A stretch of DNA of 64,000 nucleotides from an uncultured bacterium. GTDB taxonomy: Bacteria > Babelota > Babeliae > Babelales > Babelaceae. The translations under genes and the position numbers were made by a program. Shown here piece after piece: positions 56,474-64,000 of the stretch. The DNA lies in contig CAWKFG010000001.1 of the NCBI GenBank assembly GCA_963848965.1, positions 256,001-320,000 on the forward strand, read 5' to 3'. The notes beneath the pieces were generated by a model, which was not told the origin of the DNA, did no database searches, and saw only the letters and a program-made list of their open reading frames with translations. The first letter of the stretch is position 1. Each line of letters starts with the position of its first letter.

Positions 56474-57151
56474 ATGCTATTTACGCTCGAGGAACGAAAA
56501 GCAAGTATCTTAAAGGGTATTGCTCTTTTAGAAAAAGCAACGCAAGGCATGCTTCCTCCTCTTATTGATATTATCATTCAAGAGTATGGAAAAGATCCTT
56601 TTCTTATACTTATTGCATGTCTTTTAAGTTTACGAGCACGCGATACTTCTACGATTCATATCTGTAGGCGTCTTTTTATCAAAGTTCGTTCACCACAAGC
56701 ATTACTTAAACTGTCTATAGAAGAGATTCAGGAGATTTTACGGCCTCTCAATTTTTATCGTAAAAAAGCATATGTACTTCATAGTGTTTGCCAGGAGCTT
56801 ATAACTCGGTTTAAAGGAGAAGTTCCTTCAAATGAAGAGGATCTTTTGTCTCTTAAAGGAGTAGGGCGTAAAACCGCTACTTTGGTACTTGGTAAAGCTT
56901 TTGATATCCCTGCTATTTGTGTTGATACTCATGTTCATCGTGTTTCTAACCGTTTAGGATGGGTAGAGACAAAAACAGTAGATGAAACAGAAGAGGCACT
57001 AAAACAAATAGTACCACGCAGTAAGTGGATAGAGCTTAATAGATTATTAGTCACATGGGGCCAAAATATTTGTGTACCTATCTCTCCTTTTTGTTCTAAA
57101 TGTGTTCTCTTCTCTCTATGCCCTAAAATTGGTGTTACGAAACGACGATAG
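56474..57151 (+). CDS. nth: Endonuclease III
   Basis: HhH LKGVGRKTA, VDTHVHR, C-x6-C-x2-C-x5-C iron-sulfur motif. Confidence 0.95.
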   Translation: MLFTLEERKASILKGIALLEKATQGMLPPLIDIIIQEYGKDPFLILIACLLSLRARDTSTIHICRRLFIKVRSPQALLKLSIEEIQEILRPLNFYRKKAYVLHSVCQELITRFKGEVPSNEEDLLSLKGVGRKTATLVLGKAFDIPAICVDTHVHRVSNRLGWVETKTVDETEEALKQIVPRSKWIELNRLLVTWGQNICVPISPFCSKCVLFSLCPKIGVTKRR

Positions 57152-57210
57152 CAGTTGCATGCACAAAAAGCTTTTTGTCTAAAGAGCTTTTTACCAATTT
57201 GCAAAAGGTA

Positions 57211-57239
57211 TTGCATAATACGTTATTAAGGGGTATACT
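57211..57239 (+). promoter_or_regulatory. Sigma70-like promoter
   Basis: TTGCAT-17nt-TATACT about 200 nt upstream of the RRM gene. Confidence 0.6.
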
Positions 57240-57436
57240 CATAGTAGTGTTATAATCAAGGGTAAGATTTCTTACGTGATTAACTGCCGGTTTGAGATAC
57301 TTTTCTTTTTGATCTTGCTTTTACCACTAAAAGGTTTCCTTCCTTAGGGTATCTGTAGCAGAAAGTCGAAAGAACACTGGTTAAGACGCTTACAAGAGCC
57401 CTTGGTTGATTGTTTATTATTTTTTAAGAGGTACAG

Positions 57437-57808
57437 ATGAATATCTATGTAGGAAACCTTGCACGTACGGTAACAGAAGATACACTCAAAGAGAAGTTCA
57501 AAGAGATGGCATCTGCGACAGTTGCTTCTGTAAGACTTATCAAAGATAAGTTTACTGGAGAGCCTAGAGGATTTGGATTCTTACAAATTCCTGAGGCAGA
57601 AGAAGCAAAGCGCGCTATTGAAACGATGAACGGCTTTGAGCTTGAAGGGCGTAAGCTCGTTGTTAACGAAGCTCGTGAGCAAGAACGTTCACCACGTCCT
57701 CGCTTTAATGGCGGCGGCAGTGGTGGCGGCAGAGGCGGAGATAGAGATCAAAGAGGCGGCGGCGGTGGTGGATTCGGTGGCGGATTCAAGCCAAGACGCA
57801 GCTTTTAA
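57437..57808 (+). CDS. RRM RNA-binding protein with Gly/Arg-rich tail
   Basis: RNP2 IYVGNL, RNP1 RGFGFL, VNEAR, RGG tail. Confidence 0.93.
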   Translation: MNIYVGNLARTVTEDTLKEKFKEMASATVASVRLIKDKFTGEPRGFGFLQIPEAEEAKRAIETMNGFELEGRKLVVNEAREQERSPRPRFNGGGSGGGRGGDRDQRGGGGGGFGGGFKPRRSF

Positions 57809-57820
57809 CTGAAATATACG

Positions 57821-57849
57821 AAAAGGGTGTCTTTATGACACCCTTTTTT
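57821..57849. terminator. Bidirectional terminator
   Basis: AAAAGGGTGTC-TTTAT-GACACCCTTTT. Confidence 0.85.
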
Positions 57850-57852
57850 GTT

Positions 57853-59721
57853 TTAACTTTCTATAGTGATATCGCCTTGAATCAGTTTGCGATAGTAAGA
57901 AGATCTTTTTTCAAGCTCGCTGGTTGTATAAAAATGAATAGTTTTTTCTCTGTCTAAAAGAGAGAAGTCAAGAATAGCTTCTGCATTTTCCAGAGTTTTT
58001 AAGCGGTGTGCAATAACAAATGTAAGTGCATGATGAGCTAGGTGGTTGATCATAGTAGTGATTGCTCGTTCACTTACTTCATCAAGACTACTTGTTGGCT
58101 CATCAATTAAAATAAGTAGCGGTTTATAATAGGAAGCACGTAAATAGAGACTTGCAAAGTTAAGTCGTTGCCGTTGTCCTCCTGATAGTGTGAATCCTCC
58201 TTCTCCAATGAGCGTATTGAGCCCTTCTTTTTCTTCAAAGATATGCCAAATTCCTACTTCCTTAAGTACCTGAATAATCTCATTTTCTGAATAGGGGCTC
58301 TCATGTTTTGGAAGTCCGAGTAAGAGATTAGATTTGACAGTACCACTTAAACTCGTTGCTATTTGCCCTTGCACAGCAATAAATTTTCTGCGTGCTCTAT
58401 CTCCTACATCATAGATAGAAATACCATTCAGGATAACTGATCCTCTATCAGGTTTTAGTTGACCACCAAGAATGGAGAGCAGAGTAGTTTTACCCATTCC
58501 AGAAGGGCCAATAATACCATAGAGTTTATTTGGTTGCGATTGTTGTACCTGCAGAAAAAGCGTATGATTCTCAAATATTTTTGCTTTTGGATTATAATCA
58601 AAATTAAGATCTCGTACATCAAGCGTAATAGTGGATTGAGAAAGATTTTCTTCAAGCTCTTTTTCCGATACCGTATCAGTAAGCACAGGAAATGTTTGTT
58701 TGCCAAATGAGCGAATGAATGCAAAAAGATCTTTAATACGAATAATTGCTTTAATAAGTTTACGTAATCTACGTCCAACTTGAATAATTTCAGAAGTTCC
58801 ACGTAAATAGGTCAGTAGTAAAGCAGTTGCCGAAATAACAGTTAAGGTATTATGAAGTAATGCATATAATAAGAAACTTCCTAAAATGAGAATACTTATA
58901 ATATACGATAAACGGGTAATAAAGTTTGTGGCAGAAAACGCAAGCCATGCAGATCCAGCTTTTACCATCATAAGAAAGTTTTTATTTTTTACAGCCTGAG
59001 CAATCTCCTTTGTAGCAAAGCTTGCACGGATAAGCTGTACTTGCGTTAAGCTTTCAACGCTCAGAGCTTTAACTGCATCATCTGCATCGATAAGATTTTT
59101 TTCAAAAGCAAGGCCTGTAAGGAGATTAAGAGATATATTAAGTATTGCTATAAAAAGAAGTATAAGGAGCGTGATAATACCTAAGGTAATATTGGTAAAT
59201 AAAAATGATGCAACAACTGTTATTACGCTAATAATAGTAGGTACAAGATCAAGTAATAATAAATCGAGAAAGTCTTCGTACGCTCGTGCGGCACGCTCAA
59301 TTTTTGCAAATACTTTTCCTGTAGATTTTGTAGCGTGGTGCAGTGGATCAACGCTGAGAAAGAATTCAAAGGCATTATATTGAACACTGCTAATACACTG
59401 TACTTCAAGAAGGCTCATATTATAGAGAATAAAATATTCACATACTAAAGCACCTATCCACGCCGTGATAAATAGACCAAAGGCAGTGATGCTTTTTGCT
59501 TCCAAAATACGACCAATAAGCAGCGGTACAAGCGTATAAAATACATGCGTAAAAGTGTTTCCTATTAATGATATAATTAAGTATCTTTTTTGTTGTTCAA
59601 TAATCGTGGTCCAGGGTTTATTGAAATCAATAGGTAAGATAGTGACCTTATTTTTAAGGTTGGTAAAGTGAAGCCAGAAGTGATAGTATTTTTGCGCTGT
59701 ATTTTTCAAGCGATAAAACAT
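57853..59721 (-). CDS. ABC exporter, fused permease/ATPase
   Basis: N-terminal TM helices, GPSGMGKT, LSGGQ, LIDEP, IAHRL. Confidence 0.9.
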   Translation of the reverse strand: MFYRLKNTAQKYYHFWLHFTNLKNKVTILPIDFNKPWTTIIEQQKRYLIISLIGNTFTHVFYTLVPLLIGRILEAKSITAFGLFITAWIGALVCEYFILYNMSLLEVQCISSVQYNAFEFFLSVDPLHHATKSTGKVFAKIERAARAYEDFLDLLLLDLVPTIISVITVVASFLFTNITLGIITLLILLFIAILNISLNLLTGLAFEKNLIDADDAVKALSVESLTQVQLIRASFATKEIAQAVKNKNFLMMVKAGSAWLAFSATNFITRLSYIISILILGSFLLYALLHNTLTVISATALLLTYLRGTSEIIQVGRRLRKLIKAIIRIKDLFAFIRSFGKQTFPVLTDTVSEKELEENLSQSTITLDVRDLNFDYNPKAKIFENHTLFLQVQQSQPNKLYGIIGPSGMGKTTLLSILGGQLKPDRGSVILNGISIYDVGDRARRKFIAVQGQIATSLSGTVKSNLLLGLPKHESPYSENEIIQVLKEVGIWHIFEEKEGLNTLIGEGGFTLSGGQRQRLNFASLYLRASYYKPLLILIDEPTSSLDEVSERAITTMINHLAHHALTFVIAHRLKTLENAEAILDFSLLDREKTIHFYTTSELEKRSSYYRKLIQGDITIES

Positions 59722-59834
59722 AACGTATCCTTATCGTGTACAATCCCATAGCTTTATTTTATAAGAAAGCTATAGTATAAAGAGTACTATCCATTATAAT
59801 ACACTAAAATACTGAAGAAATTAAAGGATATGGC

Positions 59835-60797
59835 ATGAAGCTTCTTTCATCGTTTACACAGCTTAAGGTATCATGGCTCGAGTCAATCATGCTTTTTAAG
59901 CCTGTATCATTAAAATTATTTTTATTAGTCACTCTCAAATCTTTAGGTTCGTTATATACATCTTTGCCCTCTCAAGGGTTGCTTTTTTTTCTTTATATAC
60001 CGTTACTTTTTGCTTATAAAGTGTATATAGCTGGTGGTAAATGGGCCATTGAAGATTTACTGCTGGTAGGTGCTGGCTCTTATGTAGTTGCTCTTTTAGT
60101 ACAAGCAGTGCGGTCTTCTATTGATTATAAAGATGCGCAATATTGGCGTATTCATGAGGTAGTATTTTTAAAGCTCTATGCAGGAGTATTCTTTCTTTGT
60201 TATTTACCATACGCTTACTTTTATCATCGTCCTATTCATTATAGTGGACTTATTTTTGCATTTGTCTGCTTGATAGCTCCCTTAAAAATAAAGATAAGTC
60301 CTGCTTTTAGCGGTCTTTTGTTTTATATAGTACTTATTGCAGCGCTAAGTTCTACAGCTTTACCGAGACCTTTTGATATACCTCCGCATGGCCTTGTAAC
60401 ATTTTTTACGTGGCTACAAGCTTTTCTTTTAATAAAGTTACCTGCTCTTGAGTCAATTTTGGGTGTCTTTGCTTACTTCTTCTCTCCTGTTGTTATTGTG
60501 TGGACTCTTTTTATGTATGACGCTCAAAAAACGATAAGAGAGTATATGCATGCTTTGGTAAAGACACTCTCTATGGTTATCTATAACTATCCGTTCTTTT
60601 TAATAACCTATACGATTTTTTACTTTTCTGTTATACTTATACATGCTATAAGCTCTTGGATACTGCCACCATGGCACGGTTGGCACTTTATTGGATGGAT
60701 AGGTTTTATCTTTTTGCTGCTTCCATTTTATATCTGCTTTATCACAAATTTTTATATAAAACGTATTCATGAGCAGTTTTCACTTTATTATAGGTAA
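59835..60797 (+). CDS. Hypothetical polytopic membrane protein
   Basis: 320 aa, many hydrophobic segments, AAGGA RBS. Confidence 0.75.
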   Translation: MKLLSSFTQLKVSWLESIMLFKPVSLKLFLLVTLKSLGSLYTSLPSQGLLFFLYIPLLFAYKVYIAGGKWAIEDLLLVGAGSYVVALLVQAVRSSIDYKDAQYWRIHEVVFLKLYAGVFFLCYLPYAYFYHRPIHYSGLIFAFVCLIAPLKIKISPAFSGLLFYIVLIAALSSTALPRPFDIPPHGLVTFFTWLQAFLLIKLPALESILGVFAYFFSPVVIVWTLFMYDAQKTIREYMHALVKTLSMVIYNYPFFLITYTIFYFSVILIHAISSWILPPWHGWHFIGWIGFIFLLLPFYICFITNFYIKRIHEQFSLYYR

Positions 60798-60805
60798 ACA
60801 TATAC

Positions 60806-61543
60806 ATGAGAATTGTTATTTTTTTAAGAACATTACTATCGTATGCATTGCTTGGGTTAGTAGCACCGTTTTTTCTAATACCTTGCCTTCTTATTGCATG
60901 CTTGCCGGAACGCTTTCGCTATGATAATCGTCTATTCTTTTTCTTTGCCTATTGGTTTTATAGAACTGTTTTATTGTTAACTTTTAATTCTCTGCGCATA
61001 GAGGGAAAAGAATATCTTCAAAGAAAGGCTCCCGTTATTTTTGTTGCTAATCACCAATCATCGCTTGATATTCCTGCAGTAGGAATTGTAGGTGGTGTAA
61101 AAGCACATGTATGGTTAGTGTTAGAATATTACATTAATACTCCTGTATTAGGATTTTTTATTCGTAGAATGTTTGTTCCTGTAGATAGAGAGAGTGGTGG
61201 TAAAGCTGCTCGATCACTTATACGGCTTATACACTTATTGAAAGAACATAAAAGAAACCTTATTATCTTTCCTGAAGGGGGTAGATATACAGATGGTACT
61301 GTGCATACCTTTTATAAAGGATTTGCAGTTATTGCCAAAAAAACAGGATTTCCTGTTGTTCCTGTTTATATGCCTAATAATGGTAAGATATATCCACCGT
61401 ATAGCTTTTTGATATATAGGTATCCTATAACAATAATTATTGGAAAACCATTTGTATATGAGCCTGAAGATACTGATGAATCATTTACCGAAAAAGTATA
61501 TCAGTGGTTTACTGAGCACGTAGAGCAGGAATTAAAAAAATGA
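60806..61543 (+). CDS. plsC: 1-acyl-sn-glycerol-3-phosphate acyltransferase
   Basis: NHQSSLD, VDR, IFPEGGR. Confidence 0.9.
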   Translation: MRIVIFLRTLLSYALLGLVAPFFLIPCLLIACLPERFRYDNRLFFFFAYWFYRTVLLLTFNSLRIEGKEYLQRKAPVIFVANHQSSLDIPAVGIVGGVKAHVWLVLEYYINTPVLGFFIRRMFVPVDRESGGKAARSLIRLIHLLKEHKRNLIIFPEGGRYTDGTVHTFYKGFAVIAKKTGFPVVPVYMPNNGKIYPPYSFLIYRYPITIIIGKPFVYEPEDTDESFTEKVYQWFTEHVEQELKK

Positions 61544-62523
61544 TTATTCAAAGTATGTATCCCTATTTTTTGTACATAGGGCTTCCACTTGCAGCATTAA
61601 TTGCATATTGGCGTTGGTATTACTATAAAAGACCTGTGTACAGGTATTCTTCATTAAATCCTTTAGAGGGACAAAAGTCGCTTGTTGATCGCTCTCATGC
61701 GATATTCTTTCTTCTTCGTTTACTTGCTTTAACTACCTTATGTCTTGCTCTTGCACGTTTTCGTATTCCAGATGAACGATCTAAAGTGCCAGTACAAGGG
61801 GTTGACATTATGCTCGTGCTTGATGTATCAGGAAGCATGCAGCTTTTTGATGATCTTAATGATCCTCGTCCTCGTATTGATGTAGCGCGCAAGGAAGGAA
61901 TCAAGTTTATTCAAAAGCGCGAAAATGATCCTATAGGTCTTGTTATATTTGGTAATGTTGCTGTTTCACGAGCTCCTTTAACACTTGATAAAGCATTATT
62001 AACCGAAATTTTAAAAGAAACTTCGTTAGGGATAGTAGATCCAGATGGAACGGTGCTTGCTCGAGCTATGGTAACTGCTGCTAACCGATTGAAAAATTCA
62101 ACAGCAAAAAGTAAGATAATGATTGTATTAACTGATGGACAACCGAGTGAGCGCGATATTGAGCCAGAGGTTGCTCTTGAGCTTGCACAAAAGTTGGGCA
62201 TAAAAATTTATACTATTGGTATTGGATCAGAAGAAGGAGGATTTATGTCTCATCCGTGGGCGGGCATAGTCCGTGCATCATCAGCTTTAAATGTTCCTTT
62301 GTTAGAAGCGATTGCTCAAAAAACAGGAGGGCACTTTTTTCAAGCACGTAATCCAAAAGATGTAGAGCGTATTTATACAGCTATTGACCAACTTGAAAGA
62401 ACAGAGCATGAAGCTCCTGTTTTTGCGCGATATTTTGAATATTTTATTCCGCTTTTATGGCTTACGTGGCTCTTGTTACTGAGTGAGATTCTTTTAGCAT
62501 CAATGGTATGGTTACGTTTATGA
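61540..62523 (+). CDS. BatA-like VWA domain protein
   Basis: LALAR, DVSGSM MIDAS, PLTLD, LTDG, IYTIGIG, IDQLE. Confidence 0.88.
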   Translation: MIIQSMYPYFLYIGLPLAALIAYWRWYYYKRPVYRYSSLNPLEGQKSLVDRSHAIFFLLRLLALTTLCLALARFRIPDERSKVPVQGVDIMLVLDVSGSMQLFDDLNDPRPRIDVARKEGIKFIQKRENDPIGLVIFGNVAVSRAPLTLDKALLTEILKETSLGIVDPDGTVLARAMVTAANRLKNSTAKSKIMIVLTDGQPSERDIEPEVALELAQKLGIKIYTIGIGSEEGGFMSHPWAGIVRASSALNVPLLEAIAQKTGGHFFQARNPKDVERIYTAIDQLERTEHEAPVFARYFEYFIPLLWLTWLLLLSEILLASMVWLRL

Positions 62524-63530
62524 TAGTATCAACAGCTGGTATTACCTGGGCATCTGCTCATTACTTCTTTATTCTTATTCCTCTTGTGATGCTTACACTT
62601 ATACTACTTATTCGTCGTTATGTGTGGCAAAAGAGTAGAGTGTCACTTTTAGTAGCACCTCATCATGCTCAAAGGCTGTTGCGTCATTTTTCACTTTCTA
62701 AAGAAAAAGTGAAAGCAGGACTATTAGCAGCAGCTCTTATTTTTCTAGCACTTGCACTTGCTCGTCCTCAATGGAAGGATAAGCAAGAAATCGTAGAGCA
62801 GCATGGTAGAGATGTTCTTATTGCTTTAGATATCTCTCGCAGTATGCTTGCAGCAGATGTACCTCCTTCACGACTTGAATATGCAAAAAATAAAATTAAA
62901 AAACTTGTTCAAGCGCTTACTGCAGAACGAGTAGGACTCATTGTTTTTTCTGGAGCTCCCTTTGTACAATGTCCTTTAACCGCAGATACAAGCGCTTTTT
63001 TAACGTTCTTAGAAACCACAGATGCTGAAACAATTTCTGGTGGTACTACTGCACTTGATCAAGCGGTGCAGAAAGCACTTGATGTGTTTAGCCGTATGGC
63101 TACTAAAAAGCATAAGTTACTCGTTATTTTTACTGATGGAGAAGACTTTTCTTTACAGCTTGAAGGAATTAAGCAGAAAGCACAAGCGATGGGGCTCCAT
63201 ATTTTTACCGTTGGTATAGGAACTCCAGAAGGAGCACCCATTCCATTGCTTGATGAGCAAGGCGTTTCTCAAGGCCATCAAAAAGATGAGCAAGGCCGTA
63301 TAGTTATCTCGCGCTTGAATGAAGGACTATTACAGAAACTTTCGCAAGAATCAGGAGCATTTTATGTGCGAGGTACCTCAGATGATAAAGATATTGCAGC
63401 ATTGCTAAAACGTATTCAATCATTTGAAAAAGAAAAGTTTGAAGATAAGCGTATTGCAGCTAAGCAGGAAAAATATTATTATTTTGCTGCTTGTGCATTA
63501 GCGTGTATGCTATTGGAGTGGCTCTTATGA
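62520..63530 (+). CDS. BatB-like VWA domain protein
   Basis: ALARPQW, LDISRSMLAADV.PSRL, TDGED, GTPEGAPIP; ATGA overlap at 62520. Confidence 0.88.
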   Translation: MIVSTAGITWASAHYFFILIPLVMLTLILLIRRYVWQKSRVSLLVAPHHAQRLLRHFSLSKEKVKAGLLAAALIFLALALARPQWKDKQEIVEQHGRDVLIALDISRSMLAADVPPSRLEYAKNKIKKLVQALTAERVGLIVFSGAPFVQCPLTADTSAFLTFLETTDAETISGGTTALDQAVQKALDVFSRMATKKHKLLVIFTDGEDFSLQLEGIKQKAQAMGLHIFTVGIGTPEGAPIPLLDEQGVSQGHQKDEQGRIVISRLNEGLLQKLSQESGAFYVRGTSDDKDIAALLKRIQSFEKEKFEDKRIAAKQEKYYYFAACALACMLLEWLL

Positions 63531-64000
63531 TTATGTATTGTATAGTAGTATGTTTTACAGCTTTTTGTGATGCTTCATATTTTCGCTCGTGGCAAGCAGA
63601 TAAAGCATATGCTGCAGGCGATTTTGCTAGAGCACGTACCCTTTACCAAGAGGCTGTTGAAAAGAATCCTCAAGATTTGAAGGCATTATATAATGTAGGA
63701 AAAGCTGCATTTAAAGCAGAAGATTATGCTTCTGCTGCTCAAGCATTTGAAAAAGTAGGGACAACTGCTCTAACAGCACAGGAAAAAGAGCAAGCTTTTT
63801 TTAATCAAGGTGACAGCTTTGCAAAGCTCAGTCAGTATGAGAAAGCAGTTAATGCTTATAAAGAAGCACTTAAAATTAATCCTTCAAATGAACATATAAA
63901 GCAGCGTCTAGCACTTATGGAAAAACTTCTTCAAGAGCAAAAAAAGAAAGAGGAAGAAGAAAAGAAAAAGAAAGAAGAGCAGGACAAAAAAGAGAAAGAG
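63527..64000 (+). CDS. BatC-like TPR protein (3'-truncated, not in ORF track)
   Basis: Manual translation from ATG 63527: MIMYCIVVCF...ALYNVGKAAFKAEDY...AFFNQGDSFAKLSQYEKAVNAYKEALKINP; open to window end. Confidence 0.85.
   Translation, partial: MIMYCIVVCFTAFCDASYFRSWQADKAYAAGDFARARTLYQEAVEKNPQDLKALYNVGKAAFKAEDYASAAQAFEKVGTTALTAQEKEQAFFNQGDSFAKLSQYEKAVNAYKEALKINPSNEHIKQRLALMEKLLQEQKKKEEEEKKKKEEQDKKEKE

Noticed and set aside
57206..57233. dif-like sequence near the xer gene
   Set aside because: Only 4 nt between ATAA and TTAT instead of 6; better explained as a promoter

Overview
AT-rich bacterial chromosome segment of housekeeping genes (rapZ, lysS, recJ, cmk, lon, rpsB, dnaX, der, hpf, dsbD, cca, tolQRAB, ftsH, rpmB, rpsT, mrdA, xerC-like, nth, plsC, batABC-like), two tRNAs and SRP RNA. 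Interspersed are six signal-peptide ankyrin-repeat genes, two tandem NTT/Tlc nucleotide translocases, a MutS domain-V protein and a secreted double RING-variant protein. This content fits an intracellular parasite of protists, most likely Candidatus Dependentiae/Babelota (TM6); the assignment is inferred, not searched. The most striking unexplained signal is a ~390-nt GC-rich element between tolB and ftsH. It folds into five mirrored hairpin pairs on a long-range spine (stacked four-way junctions), and the local C/G skew inverts across it. Other highlights: a candidate dnaX tau/gamma slippage site, a palindromic repeat family fused to tRNA 3' ends, a shared 'signal peptide + Met' N-terminus and shared C-terminal module in effector-like proteins, and two candidate structured RNAs. 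All structures were read by eye; no folding or database search was run.
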